A stretch of 62,710 nt of DNA, counting the filler, from Dugesia japonica (lineage: Eukaryota): NCBI GenBank assembly GCA_001938525.1. It is 5 parts of 5 records of this genome, joined end to end, with 100 filler letters (N's around TTAATTAATTAA, not from the genome) between each part and the next. Parts side by side here need not be neighbours in the genome. Positions count along the whole stretch, not along the records: positions 17,395 to 27,465 come from MQRL01613369.1; positions 27,566 to 40,066 come from MQRL01347707.1; positions 40,167 to 50,983 come from MQRL01591836.1; 2 more parts are not named here. One strand, given 5' to 3'. Both the position numbers and the translations under genes were made by a program. How positions within the stretch are numbered: position 1 is the stretch's first letter; each line of letters begins with the position of its first letter. Under the pieces are notes generated by a model that ran no database searches, was not told the DNA's origin, and worked only from the letters and a program-made list of their open reading frames with translations. Of the stretch, positions 27,061 to 41,188 are shown one piece after another.

Positions 27061-27418
27061 TCATTTCATCGGCGCAAATATTCACATTAGTCTTTCTTTT
27101 TAAATTAGAAATTTTACCAACTTTTTAAATTAATAAGTTTTATAAAATTGATTTTCTAAAAAAAACAAAAAACTAATTAATAAGATTTTTTAATTAGAAG
27201 TTTTATATTAGGCCATTCAATAAGTTCTGGGACAGTTGAACTACTTAATATACTAATCGCCTCTAAATTACACTAGCTTTACTCTATTTTACTAATTTGA
27301 AGGTTAATTAATTAAAGGAAACAGAACGGCACTATAACCTTAAAAGTCAATAAAAAATTCCAATAAAATTTTTTTTTGATCGATATCAAGTTAGTAGGTA
27401 ATTAGGCAGGGTCGAGCG

Positions 27419-27431
27419 CGGAAGTGACGCA
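27419..27431 (+). promoter_or_regulatory. ETS-CRE-like composite motif in a GC-rich patch
   Basis: CGGAAGTGACGCA in otherwise AT-rich DNA at a contig end. Confidence 0.35.
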
Positions 27432-27465
27432 ATCACCGTTCACGCCTTTTTATGTAAACAACAAT

Positions 27466-27565
27466 NNNNNNNNNNNNNNNNNNNNNNNNNNNNNNNNNNN
27501 NNNNNNNNNTTAATTAATTAANNNNNNNNNNNNNNNNNNNNNNNNNNNNNNNNNNNNNNNNNNNN
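27466..27565. other. Artificial contig spacer
   Basis: N44-TTAATTAATTAA-N44. Confidence 0.95.
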
Positions 27566-29101
27566 CTGTCGGACGCCTCTTTTGTTTCCAATAGGACTAG
27601 TGGAAGTTACATTGCAAGTGTAGTGACTGGAGCAGTCCGAGTACAATGCTTTTAAGAGATTGATGGATTTTTCATGGACACCCATTCTTGTGAGCAGGCC
27701 AACTTATGTTTTAAGTTTATTACATTATATCTGTAATAAGTTTATATTACAGATATAATTTATTTCAGTAATTTATTACCTTTTAAAATATTCTTTTTTT
27801 TGAGAATATAAACTTATAAAACAGGCCATTGTAATTCACATTATAAACATTTTCTAACCCCAATATTGGTTTCGATAATTTAGTACAGGCATGCTTAATC
27901 TGTGCCTCATAGCATAATTTTTTGTGGCCTTCCTGATATTATATTATATATTAGGTATTACATGCGTCTCCGACTTTAGTTATCTTCGGTTAATCAGCTG
28001 CGTATAGCTACAACTAAAATTGAAATTGATTTAAACATTTTATCAATAAAAAGGGAGAAACTAAATTCACATTAAAATAACTGTCACTAAAAATAATCGT
28101 CNNNNNNNNNNNNNNNNNNNNNNNNNNNNNNNNNNNNNNNNNNNNNNNNNNNNNNNNNNNNNNNNNNNNNNNNNNNNNNNNNNNNNNNNNNNNNNNNNNN
28201 NNNNNNNNNNNNNNNNNNNNNNNNNNNNNNNNNNNNNNNNNNNNNNNNNNNNNNNNNNNNNNNNNNNNNNNNNNNNNNNNNNNNNNNNNNNNNNNNNNNN
28301 NNNNNNNNNNNNNNNNNNNNNNNNNNNNNNNNNNNNNNNNNNNNNNNNNNNNNNNNNNNNNNNNNNNNNNNNNNNNNNNNNNNNNTTTTTTGGAAAAACA
28401 TATAAAGATTGTATTTTCATAATGGAAGTAAATATGACATTTATCTGATTTTCCTAGAATTATTTAAAAAATTTAAAAATTAAAAAGATAAATATAAAAT
28501 CTTTAGCCAAAACAATGAAGAATATTTATTTACAAGTTGACTGTATAACAATTCTAAATTCTTATAGATTATTGCCAGTTTCATTAAAAAAATGAAAGTG
28601 TTTTCAAAACAGATCAATGCAAAATATTACAAAAATATAATTTACTGCCAACAGGAAAACCGATGAAAAATATATATTGTAAAAATATATTGTAAGAGAA
28701 GAAAATGAAACTGTTATTAAAAATAAATTAGTTAACTNNNNNNNNNNNNNNNNNNNNNNNNNNNNNNNNNNNNNNNNNNNNNNNNNNNNNNNNTCTCCGA
28801 TATATCACAATCCCATTTCTTTTAATAGTTGATTGTATATGTTGGATTCGGCTTCTTGCCTATCGTTGAATATCACGTTTTACATTGTTCTGAGTTGTGT
28901 ATAACAGAAGGTTTTACATTGCTGGTTTTAACTGTCGAAAATGGGGCACTACTAGTTGATTCATCAACCAATTTTTTATGGTCTGAATTATACATTGAAT
29001 CGTTTAACTTGGTGAAAATTTCGACGAATTATTAGGGTTTTCAAATTGAAAGTTCGTTTTTTTTGGAAAATTAAATGTTATTTAGACATATCAAAAATAA
29101 G

Positions 29102-29400
29102 TCAATCAAGTATATATTCTCCATTTTTATCTACAACCTCTTCCCAACGTTTGATCAAACCTTTAATGCCATTCCTATACCAGGGACTGGACTTTTCATT
29201 AAAGAACTGAGTAAGGGCAGTTTCGATATCATGCATTCTGTCAAAAGTTTTGTCACGAAGGAAATGTTGTAGAGATCGGAACAAATAGTAATCTGAAGGT
29301 GCGATGTCTGGGTTATATGGAGGCTGGGGCATTACTTCTCATTGAAAGGATTTCATCTTCTGCTGGGTCACTTTTGCAGTGTGTGGCCTAGCCCCGCCGT
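29102..29400 (-). pseudogene. mariner transposase C-terminal fragment
   Basis: ARPHTAKVT, PPYNPDIAPSDYYLFRSLQHFL, WEEVVDKNGEY. Confidence 0.92.
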
Positions 29401-29429
29401 GATAAAAATATTATTTTGTTTCTGCTTTC

Positions 29430-32165
29430 CTTTCAATGTTTCTTTCGTTCCTCGTCTAATTCTAAATTATAATTAAGTAGAAACTTGCTTACCATCCACG
29501 GCTCTGTATATCTTTTTTTTAAGTAACCCACACTCTTTGGTTTTCACCATTACCAAATCTCCAATCTTTAATGTAGTGTTCTTATTTTTTGCTTTATTTT
29601 CTTTTGGAACCTGTTTTCTCTATTCTGTATTTCTCTCCATTTGTTTTTTTAAAGTTATTCTGAAAATTCATCTTGTCGATTTCTACATTTACAGTCAAAA
29701 TATCCGGTGTCAAATACATCTTTTTCCCAAATAAAATTTCTTAAGCTATCATTTCATTACTTTGATGGTAATATGAAGCTGAAAATGATTGCTTTATTTG
29801 TAATTTATTACACACTTGCTTCGTCATTTCCGATTTAAATTCCATTATCAGAATTAATGATCCTCGGAATCCCAAAGTACGCTATCCATATTTCGAATAT
29901 TAGTTCGGTAACTGTCTTTGCAGAAATATTCTTCAATGGTATTAACGCTATATATCTAGAAAAAACATCGATGATTCCTAAAATATATGAATACCCTTAG
30001 GAATTTTGTGGCGGTTCAATTATATCACAACAGATCATTGCAAATGATTATGTCGCTATAAAATAAAATTTTTAATATTGTACCCCGTTTTATTTCATTG
30101 CTTTCTCTAAGCATATAGCATACAATTTGCCACAAATTTCTCCTTATCTTTTTCCATGTCTATCCATTCATGATATCTCTTGAAATCAGTCAAAGTTTGT
30201 TTAGTATTTGAATGGCCTAATTGACCGTGAAAATATTTTAAAATATCATTGATTTTCTTTTCATTAAACCCTTTATGAGTATCTTTTATTTCATTGATTT
30301 GTCGATAACCTTCATTATCTGAACCATTCTTGTTGGAATTTGACACTGAATAATTTTTTGAATTTTTATTGATACCAATTGAATTTCTGTTTATAATCGT
30401 ATTTGTTATACATTGGGTATGCCCCATTCCAATATCCTGATAATTCTACTAATATTTCCAATATTATCTTCCGTATTTTCTACAATATCAATACAACGTA
30501 ATCTCGTATTTCTAAACATTGTAATATTTTTATTTTTTAGGTTAATTATTCTTACTGAGATTTTACCAGTTCCCGTAAGAAATGAAACACTATTAGCAGC
30601 TACACCACAAATATTTGCTAACATATCTTTATAAGGACTAATTAAAACTTCTTTCAAGCAAAAAAATATCGCTATCCTAACTCGCTGAAACAGTTACTTC
30701 CTATTTTCACAAAATTGTAAGTGTATTGTCTAATATAGCTCTCACTGTACACATCTGAGCTCACTTCACACTTCTCGCACTATTATATGGACTTTCGGAT
30801 ACAGTACTATTTAGTTTTCAATCAGCTTTCTTATTTTGGATATGACAGGTACTTTTATTTCATCTAAAGTTACACAATCTATTTTAGTTAAAATTGTGAG
30901 GTTTATCCTTTTCATCTCTTATTCCTATTATGAGTTTTCAGAATAATTTATCCACAACAGTCATCATAATTATATTGCTTTATTTCCTATAGCCACATTG
31001 ATAAAAAAATATTCAATTACCTAAATCTGTGAGTCATTTGCACATTATTGGATCGAAACAGCTTAATTTTTTTGGATTATTTGAAACAGTTTTAAATCCT
31101 GAATCTATATTAATTTTCTCTTGTTCTATTTTGCCTTTAACTATTGATTTGTTTTCTGTGGGTTCGCTTCTTGTATCTGATATCATTGTTCTTAGTCCTT
31201 TGCGAATTAGAAATTTGTATCTTGAACCTCGAATATACTCGTCCAACTTAATTATATCGTCTTGTCATCATTAATTCATTGTCATAATCACAACTGGCTT
31301 CATCATATTCAATATTCGAATTGTACTTTGTTTCTTCAAATTTTCGAAATTCTTCTTTCTGAATATTGGATCTTTTTTCCGTTTTACCAAATCTATTTAT
31401 ATGTCCGGATTCGTTACAGTTCATGCATAATAATGGTTTATTACAATTTCGGGCAATATGATCCTTCCAATTGCAACTATAACATTTTATCTCGTGATCT
31501 TTTGAACTGGATATTTTGGTGAATCTGTTTCGTGGTTTCTTTCCAAATACTTTATACGATGTTCAAGCTCAATTATTCTCGGTTTTAAGATTTCCATTTA
31601 TTGCTATTTTTCCGCCTTGATGTCATTGCTAATAATTCGTAATTTATCTCTATATCGAGTTTCATCTTCTTTTTCATGAAATTAAAAGCTTCTTCAAGAG
31701 TTTATGGTTTCATAATTTCTGTGGCTGTCAAACGATTATTAACGCCTTTAAAAAATATTGATGGGTGTTCTCTGTATCAGATTCCTCGTAATCTAGCATT
31801 TCAAGAATTCCAGCAACTCTGTTGGCAGTTAGATACTGTCTAAAAGTCATATCTTCCTGTTTTAAGGATAAAATATTAATTATTTGAGTTACATTAGTTG
31901 AATTAACATTATATGGTTCGATTAACTTTGTCTTCAGTCATTCGTAGTTTGATTTATTTTATTTAAATTCTGGAATTAATTGGATTTCTAAACGTGTCAA
32001 TAGCTTTTCTGATTATTGTGCTGAATCCGCGGTTTTTGTTCTTCAGTGAATTTTAGAATTCATTAATATGAATAGGAATATTTTCTCCGATAGTAATTTT
32101 TTGGGAAACATCTTTTTTTCATTTAACCAATCGATTAATTCCTGCGGCAATGATCGTGATGCCAT
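29430..32165 (-). mobile_element. Degenerate Gypsy element (gag, CCHC, protease-like region, integrase); no RT/RNase H recognised
   Basis: CMNCNESGH knuckle; FHGQLGH...VANC zinc domain; GIIDVFSRY and FGIPRIINSDNG (rve core). Confidence 0.8.
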
Positions 32166-33789
32166 GTTATTAAAAAGAAATTAGTTGACTAAAAATGTAT
32201 TTAAAATGTACACATACTACTATTATGCAAACAACAATATATCTCAAATATCACAGAAACATTTGAAAATATAAATGAAATTTTACATACAATATAATTT
32301 CATAGTAAATAAAATCAATAAGCACTATCCGAACAAGATTATCCACTAGNACATGCAAATTCGGAAATATTTGAAGCTTTAAACATGTATGAATAAACGT
32401 TGACAGATTTAATAATTGATGTTTTGCTTCTATCAAACGTAATTAACATAACATAATAAAAATATCTCATAGAAGGCAGAATGTTACAATGGTATCTAGA
32501 TCACGCAATTATTATTTAAAAAATACATGGAAAAATAGAATATGAAAAATAATCGTTGGAAAATTACATTAAATTTAATGTTAAATTGAGAAATGAATTT
32601 AAAGCCAAAGACCATAAATTTGGAGATATGTATTTCGTAATATGCAAATAATTTTATTACATTTATATTTTGGCAATAGAAAACTGTTTAATAACCACAT
32701 TTATTAATAAAAGTCTAGAAAAGGAAGAATAAATATGTATTTAATTATGACTTCAGTTATCAACATACCTAAATCAGTAAACAAACACCGTTCTATTATA
32801 CTATATAATATACATCTGAACTCACAGTTAAGTATTAATTACGCAACATTCAACTTTAATGATTATTTATAATATATATAATATAAATCACATGATGTAT
32901 ATAAAATATGTATAAAACAGGCATAATACANNNNNNNNNNNNNNNNNNNNNNNNNNNNNNNNNNNNNNNNNNNNNNNNNNNNNNNNNNNNNNNNNNNNNN
33001 NNNNNNNNNNNNNNNNNNNNNNNNNNNNNNNNNNNNNNNNNNNNNNNNNNNNNNNNNNNNNNNNNNNNNNNNNNNNNNNNNNNNNNNNNNNNNNNNNNNN
33101 NNNNNNNNNNNNNNNNNNNNNNNNNNNNNNNNNNNNNNNNNNNNNNNNNNNNNNNNNNNNNNNNNNNNNNNNNNNNNNNNNNNNNNNNNNNNNNNNNNNN
33201 NTAATTAACAGATTCTCGCAAGAATTTATTCTACTATGTACTTATTTAATATCATTCATTTCTGCCATATTTAATAACAATAACAACTATTCGAAATATA
33301 GACAACAATTCTCTAGGGATTTCTGCCACCGAACTACATTGATGCGGATCTGGTATAAGTATCACGTTGGTTTCTTAGAGCTTAAAAACTGTTGGCAAGT
33401 CAAGTCAACGTTATCAAATGATTCGAAACAACTACCACACAAAAATTGTTCCATTAAGCGAAAGATGCCCTTTTTAGAAAGAGCAGCATCTGGACTATAG
33501 GCTTAATGCGACAGGACATTGACACCATTCAACTCGTGAACTTTTACTCGAACCTCATAATTAGAATTTAGTTGTTTTCTGATATAAAATAACTTTTTTT
33601 AAACTATGGTTAATATTTATTTTGAATTTTTGGAACCATTTACTTTATATTCAAACTGTGATTTTCATGAACATTTAGAGCAAACCGCATGCGAGCAAAA
33701 AATATCAGTTTAAGCTTTAAAAAATTTGCTTTTATCAATTTTGAAATAACGCTTAAGTTCATTGTTATGATTTTTTTAATCTAAATTTT

Positions 33790-34400
33790 AGATGGAGTTT
33801 CTAAGGGATTTTATCTTACTTTCTCAGGAAATTAAAAACTCACTGTTCTAAAATTGGAATGCTTCTTTCATTTAATTTACAAACTCTTACAGCGGATCTT
33901 GCACCACAATTTGATTCTTTAATGAAGAAGAAATTTAGAGATAGCACAAGATTGCATTGTTGGTTTCATGTTAAGGGAGCGATACAAATGGACGCTGCTA
34001 CAACAAAAAACTAATCGAGCATGATTCTTCATGACATTGATATTATTCAAAGGACTCCAACAGAAGAAATATTTTTGATTNNNNNNNNAAAGTTGTATTA
34101 AAAATATCAAAAAATCAAACAATGCGCTACTTTTTTTACGAACTTTGAAAGATTGAGAATTAATTGGAATAAAAACTGGTATGAAGAACCTTTTCGACAC
34201 ACCATCTACAAATTCACATATTGAATCCTTTAATGGTTCTTTTAAACGGTTTCATTTAAATGGTTTAGTTGTCAAGCCATATGTAATGATAGAAAAAGTT
34301 TTTTCAATGTATGGCCAGTATTCAAAACTAGTATTTGCAGAAAAACATATGTATGCCAGAGACAAAATTGTGGAAAGCATAGAAAATTTGANNNNNNNNN
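33790..34400 (+). pseudogene. MULE/Mutator-like transposase remnant
   Basis: RLHCWFHVK (CxxH motif) and TPSTNSHIESFNGSFK (catalytic E region). Confidence 0.75.
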
Positions 34401-34744
34401 NNNNNNNNNNNNNNNNNNNNNNNNNNNNNNNNNNNNNNNNNNNNNNNNNGGATTTTATTAACTTATTCCAAATATCCGTAGAGTTCTTTGATGATGCTGC
34501 TAAGTTTTTAAGTGAAAATATTTGTGTTTATTCATCTTTTAACTTTTAATTTAGATTTTGAATTTAATTAATGGTTGAAATATAAAAATAATTATCGCAA
34601 AGATAATTATAATCATAAAAATTTTAATTTGTGTTTATTTGTAATTATTAGATTTTCTGTACTATCAGAAACCGAAAAAATTATTATTAATTATTGATAC
34701 TAAATTAATTTATTTTTAAGTTATTTATAACGTTATTCGTTTAG

Positions 34745-35750
34745 ATGGTTTAGTTGATGTAATGATATTTGCTGCCAAAACTGGAAACGGAGAAATGGAT
34801 TCCAAACGTCACAGAGGTTTTGTATTTCTAGAATATGAAACCCATTCAGCCGCAGCGAATGCTAGAAGAAAACTTTCTAAACCTGGATTCCGTTTATGGA
34901 ATCGAGAACTCAAAGTTGACTGGGCAGCTAAAAAGCAAGAACCATCACAAGAAGTTATGTCCAAAGTGTGTCTACAATATTAGGAGAAGTAGATGTTTAT
35001 AATTGATTTTTTCTTCAAATTCCAGGTTAAATCTATTTACGTCAGAAATCTCACTGCTGAATGTACTGATCAGAATCTCAGAGATTATTTTTCTAAATAC
35101 GGTGAAATCGAGTCTATCAAAAAAGTCAGAGATTTTGCTTTCATTCATTTTAAGGATAGAGCCTCAGCAATCAGTGCTTTAGATGTTAGTAATAAGACTG
35201 TTTTACCAAATGATATTAGTAATGGCACAATTGATGTGGAACTAGTCAAACCAAATATAAATTCTCAATACAAATCGGTTGGATTCTCTTTTTCTAACCT
35301 TCTTACTCCACCATTTCTCTCTTATCCATATGGATTACCAATACCTCCTCCAGCGCATTTACTACCTCCGCCTCATCTCATGTATGGAATGACTAGTCCT
35401 TCTCATTTGCCTATATCAAATAAAAATAGACGTAATTTTGCTCATTTAATATATATAAAAACTTAGAATTTTTGTCTCTAGCGTCAACAGCGTGGCATAT
35501 CATGAATGGAATCAAAAGTCCAAATATTTCTAATTTACGTCCAAATAAGGTGAACATCCAAAATAATCGTTCACCTGCTTTCGATACCGGTGTTTCCAAG
35601 TGGACTAATAATATAGATAATCAGAACTTTTCAAATTCTACCACACGTCATAATGTGTCTGTTGGTGCTAGCGGGGATAATTCTGGAATTTCTCAAATTA
35701 ATACTTCAGAAAATAAACCACCTAATTTATATTCTGGAAGTAATTATTAA
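34745..35750 (+). CDS. hnRNP Q/R (SYNCRIP)/A1CF/RBM47-family RRM protein, 3' exons 34745-34965, 35026-35431, 35467-35750
   Basis: GLVDV..HRGFVFLEYETHSAAANARRKL..VDWA..EVMSKVKSIYVRNL..KKVRDFAFIHF. Introns of 60 and 35 bp have matching phases. The 5' exons are not visible. Confidence 0.92.
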
Positions 35751-38700
35751 ATTTTAAAAAATATAAGAATATTTACTTATTAACAATATTAATAAAATAT
35801 TAGAAATAAAATTTCCCTTTCAAAATGAAAATTTTTCTATTATGTAGAATGTTATTATTTACAATCAAGATAGTTTGGAATATTTTTAATGTTTATTATA
35901 CAATATTTTTGGTTTTTATAATTTATTAAAGTGCTCAAATATTTTAAAATGTTAATTCTCTTAGTGTTAAATTTTAATTCGAATATATATTAAACAACAA
36001 TTGAATTTGATCGAAGCTATTATTTCAATGAAATTTCAACAAATGTAAGAACTGTAGTTGAATTAAGAATCATTAGAATAAATTATAATATTTTCCCCAT
36101 CGATAACTCACATCTTATGTATACGATGGATCTAGAGTTTTATAATGAAAATGTTTAAATAAAACGTAACCAGTATATCTTGCACTTATTTAATACTATG
36201 ATATATGGTTTTCTTACTGTTTTTGTTTTCTTTTAATGCGCTTTGTATCTTGCGTGTTATCGATTGGAGAATAGGGTATTGGAATTGGACTTCCTTCTTT
36301 ATAAGAAAACTATCGAACTAAAAGAGTTCTATTGGAGTTCACCCCAAATCTATCACATACTACAGAATACGAAATCCAGTGGTGTATATTTATTTGTGCG
36401 TGCGTGCGTGATGCTCAAAATTTTAAACCTCAAAACTAATGATACAGATTTATATTTAGTTTATTGAAAATTTATAAAAGTTGAAATTTGATAAATATAA
36501 TGACAATAATTCAAAAAATGACCCGGAAAATTTTTAAACTTTCAGTGAAATTAGTGTATTAAAAACCCAGTGGTTTATGTTTGTTTGTTTCTTTGTGCGT
36601 GATTCTCAAAATTTTTAACTTAAAACTACAGCTAAAATACAAAAACATGTAGAGTGAACATGATCAGGCAATTTCCTGAAGTCATTGATGTGTCAAATAA
36701 GGCGGGTAGTTTGTGAGGAAATCAAAGTGGATATGAGTTCATTTAGACNNNNNNNNNNNNNNNNNNNNNNNNNNNNNNNNNNNNNNNNNNNNNNNNNNNN
36801 NNNNNNNNNNNNNNNNNNNNNNNNNNNNNNNNNNNNNNNNNNNNNNNNNNNNNNNNNNACCTCGTTAGAATGCCATAATGGAGGTAAGTATGCATCTTTT
36901 TATCTTTTCTTTGTAAAAATACAATGACACATAAATAAAATTATATTCAAAAAAAAATTCTGCAAATGTTTTTTTTCTACACGTCTTTTTTTATTATGGG
37001 GTGGCTTGCCGCCCATAAACCACTTAGTTATAATATGAAAGGTGTAGAATTATAAAGACTTTTAGCTTAGTCCGCTTGTAGAGATTTCTATGTGGATTCT
37101 TAAGTGAGTAATTTGTGGGTTTATTTATTTTAATAATAATATTTCGGGGACTAGACAGTTCGACACATGATAAATCGCTACAAAGACAAATGAACACAGA
37201 CAAATTGACACATCATCATAATTTTTATATTGTATTTATTATTTTTATTAGTAATTATAANNNNNNNNNNNNNNNNNNNNNNNNTAATGCATTTTTTTAT
37301 ATTTTTAGTAATTTGTACTGGTAATTATAATAACAAATCTTTTGGTATAATTTTTTATAATGTATTTTCTATTGTATTTTTTGTAGTGATAATTATAATT
37401 GTTGTTATGATTTTGAGATTATTACAAAAACAAATCAACGATTGCGTGATTTTGAAATTATATCACTCCAATAATCCGCGAGCTTTAAATTATACAAAGT
37501 GATAAATGTGGATCTTATAACTTAATATGTTTAATATATAATAGATAAATATATTATAATATATAAACTATATAGTATCTGTTNNNNNNNNNNNNNNNNN
37601 NNNNNNNNNNNNNNNNNNNNNNNNNNNNNNNNNNNNNNNNNNNNNNNNNNNNNNNNNNNACCTGGTCGTTTTCCTTAGACTCTAAGGCTTAGAGGAATGA
37701 GATCTTTTTGCTAATTAAAAAAATAGATAATGAACTAATTTTTAAACCGGTATTTATGTAAAATTTTTAGCATGTATGACTTAGAGTATTTACATAAAGA
37801 TACAACATTTTTATATTGTGAATTAAATGTTTACATGAAATCAAGAGAATCTCGTATAATTATTTAAATACGATATAAATTTTATATAATTTCTTACTGA
37901 TTAATAATAGACATTGTTAGATGAGTTTTGAGTACTCATCGGATCATCAACATCAAAATTTAACTCCACAGTAAAATTTATTTCAAACAATAAATTTAAC
38001 CATCATTATTGGTTTATTCAAACACATCAAAACTTTATGCTCTAATTGGAAATTATTTTTCAATAGATTTAAAATTTCAGATTTCATTCAAAATAAATTG
38101 AAGATTTAAAAAAAAATTATTTCAATAACAATTGCAAAATTTTAGATCAAACTTCCATTCAAAATAATTATTTTAAATTCTTAATTAGTTTGTGACTTTC
38201 AATTTTTTTNNNNNNNNNNNNNNNNNNNNNNNNNNNNNNNNNNNNNNNAAAAATTCCAGCTCACTTTTCAAAACAAACTCAGAGACATAATTGTAAAATA
38301 AATAAAAATCGACTATGTTAAATAAAACTTGTTAGTAAACAGAATTCAATAATCGAGTAAATAAAATAAATAGAATTCGAAAATATAGAATTTGTACAAA
38401 AATTTACACAATTTTACCAAAATATAAAATGTAAAAATTATAAAAAAATAATATAAAAAATTATAAAATAAAAGTACATTGTCAAGGGATCATATCAGAT
38501 AAAAGTGTGCTGTCAAAGGGTTGTATTGAATTTGCATTGATTTGCCTTTGTGTCGATTTGTTATGTAACCAAATCTTTCATGTTGATTATTTATTTTATA
38601 ATTCTAAATTATCTTGCAACTATAAGGCACATATTTCTCAATATACTCAATATTTCATTATTCTCTTAAATTGTTCAAAATGAAATATTAATACATAATT

Positions 38701-39437
38701 CATAATGGGGTATTCTTGTGTCGTTTATTGAACAAATTCTAAACGAGTTGAAGAATTTGCATATTTATCAAAGCGGAAATTTTTAACAATATTAAATAAA
38801 ATTTTGAAAAATTTGAATAAATATTAAAATTCATTTAAATTAATTTATCACTAGATTTTTTTGTTACAAAAGTATCATTTAAAAATTGAGTTTTCCGGTT
38901 GAAAAAGCTTAAACTATCAAAATAATACAAAATTATTTGAATAAGCAATATATCAAATCTCGATATTCACATACATTCTCTTATTTTGACTTTGACTTTG
39001 AAATATAAATGTTTAGAAATGCTTTTATAAGTATTTTATTTTTATTATAATTTAAATTATTATTGACATTATTTTAGAAATGTTTTATAAATCTATCTTT
39101 GATTTCAATAAAGCTCATGTTAAATCAAGTAATAAGTTTGTTTTTGTTAAGTTTATTTTTGAATAATCGTTGAAATCTCTCGTTGGGCGACATTAATGTT
39201 ATCCCACAATGTTACCTCTTGAGTAGTTTAATTGTACTTTGTTGATTTTCATGTTAAAATGTCGAAAAATGAACTATATTTAATATATTGTTAGATTCTA
39301 AAATCGACATAATTAAAAGATACGATTAATAGATAAGTAAAATAAATATTACATAACAATCTATATTAAAACAAAGTTTTAATATTTTTGGTTTTTTAAT
39401 TTCAATATAAATTGAAATTAATTTCACTTTATATTAC

Positions 39438-40066
39438 ATCCCTCTCTTTGATCATCTGTACTTTGGGTTCGGATTCTTGGTGGTTCGCATTGGGTAGCGC
39501 CTCTTTGTTTGATCTTCTTCCTCTTGTTTATGGTTAAGTCGTGTTCTTATTGACGTTCTTTCGCTCATTGATTTAGAGCTATGTGTATCTTGGGGAATAT
39601 TTTTGATTTGATTGTAGTTAGTTTGTATTATATCATTCCTGTTTAGTAAAATAAAAGTCCATTTATCTGTTATTTCTTTAACTACAAACGGTCCGATGTA
39701 TCTTCGTTTAAATGCTCCATTTTCTTGGGATTTTCTAGATCATAACCTTGTCTCCCAACACGATCTCCTTGCTCCATCGATTTCTGTTATAATTCTCTTG
39801 TTTCTTAATATTGCGATATTCAATATTGTCTCGCACTTTATTANNNNNNNNNNNNNNNNNNNNNNNNNNNNNNNNNNNNNNNNNNNNNNNNNNNNNNNNN
39901 NNTTTGTTAGTGTTTGCAATATTCCATAGGTCAATTTTCGGTCTTCTTCCAAACAGGATTTCATGTGGTGAATATCTGATTGTTTTCTATTTTGTATTTC
40001 GAATTCCGTATTCTACTATAGGTAATGTCGAGCTCCAGTCCTTGATTCCTCTGTCTTCCATAACTG
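39438..40066 (-). mobile_element. Gypsy 3' end: integrase tail, polypurine tract and start of the 3' LTR
   Basis: YSPHEILFGR, LGDKVMI, YIGPFVV; AAAGAGAGGGA is immediately followed by TGTAAT at 39438. Confidence 0.8.
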
Positions 40067-40166
40067 NNNNNNNNNNNNNNNNNNNNNNNNNNNNNNNNNN
40101 NNNNNNNNNNTTAATTAATTAANNNNNNNNNNNNNNNNNNNNNNNNNNNNNNNNNNNNNNNNNNNN
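40067..40166. other. Artificial contig spacer
   Basis: N44-TTAATTAATTAA-N44. Confidence 0.95.
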
Positions 40167-40336
40167 AATTTAAATCTAATGTTACTAAATTAGATATTCA
40201 GTGTGGAGTGGTTGACCTTCAACCTTTACGGGAGGTTCACACACACACCTTTGGTTTGGGTTAGTTTGTTTCCCTATTATTTTAATCGTCAAATAAAGAA
40301 ATAAGATGTTAGTAGTAACATATATTATTTAATAAT

Positions 40337-40597
40337 TCACATCTCATCCAGAGCACCCGGGTCTAACCACTGGGTAGGCTCTTCTGGTAAAAAATCGAAC
40401 AACACTGAGTCGTCATTGTCGTCCCATTGTAAGCATGATACATTGCCTAATTGGCGGGACAGGTCCGATATATAATTCTTTAAAAAATTCATCTTGTTTT
40501 GGAGGAGCTGTTTAGTTTGCTCCGCCAAGTCTCCCTGTTTTTTAACTATTAAATCTAATTTTTTGGTTAATTTATTTCTTTGGGACAAATGCTTCAT
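40337..40597 (-). CDS. Small orphan coiled-coil ORF with acidic tail
   Basis: ORF track, 86 aa; heptad-like L/I spacing; lies inside the LTR-like unit. Confidence 0.45.
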   Translation of the reverse strand: MKHLSQRNKLTKKLDLIVKKQGDLAEQTKQLLQNKMNFLKNYISDLSRQLGNVSCLQWDDNDDSVLFDFLPEEPTQWLDPGALDEM

Positions 40598-40828
40598 GAG
40601 AGCATACTCGTTCTATCGTTTGACATGACGTTCAACTAATAATCGTTGTATCAGGCGGTGGCATCGTCTTAAACTTTTTTGGGAGTTGGATTCTTGGCAT
40701 TAAACAAGAAAGTATCAATTAATGTAACTCTTTTAACAGAAACTAATCTTTGTACAATAAATAACTCGACAGAAAATCAAATTAAAAACATAAAATGGTT
40801 TATTAAATAAATTTATAAATAAACGACA

Positions 40829-41188
40829 TCACAGACGCGTGGTATGCATACCCTTATCGACCATTAACGACTCGAGAGGCATTGCTACTATTAACTTTAA
40901 GACATCATTGACCAGTTTATTCTCTCGGTCTTGATAGGACCGGATGACCTCGATGAAAGATTCTATTTGGGTTTTCCATATTCGCTCTTGATTATGGGAG
41001 GCTTCCGCCTCCTTTTTAAAAGCGAGGCACTTGGCCTTATATCTTTTTACTTTACTCACGGAATTATCAATGTCTGCTTTCCATAGCCATTTCGCTAGGC
41101 GGTATAGGTCCCAAGTCACCTCTTAGTCTTCGTCGATTTCACGTAATTTTTTGGTGGGTGGTATGGTACGAGTTAACGAGGAATGCAC
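40829..41188 (-). pseudogene. Divergent 'MADIIK'-family coiled-coil ORF (one in-frame stop)
   Basis: KWLWK...FIEVIRSYQDRE aligns with LMADIIKTYADRK; starts at TTTAG|TG. Confidence 0.5.

Noticed and set aside
36376-37030. Helitron-like repeat with GTTT/GTGC tracts and a GC hairpin
   Set aside because: A short duplication is real, but the diagnostic TC start and CTRR end could not be placed.
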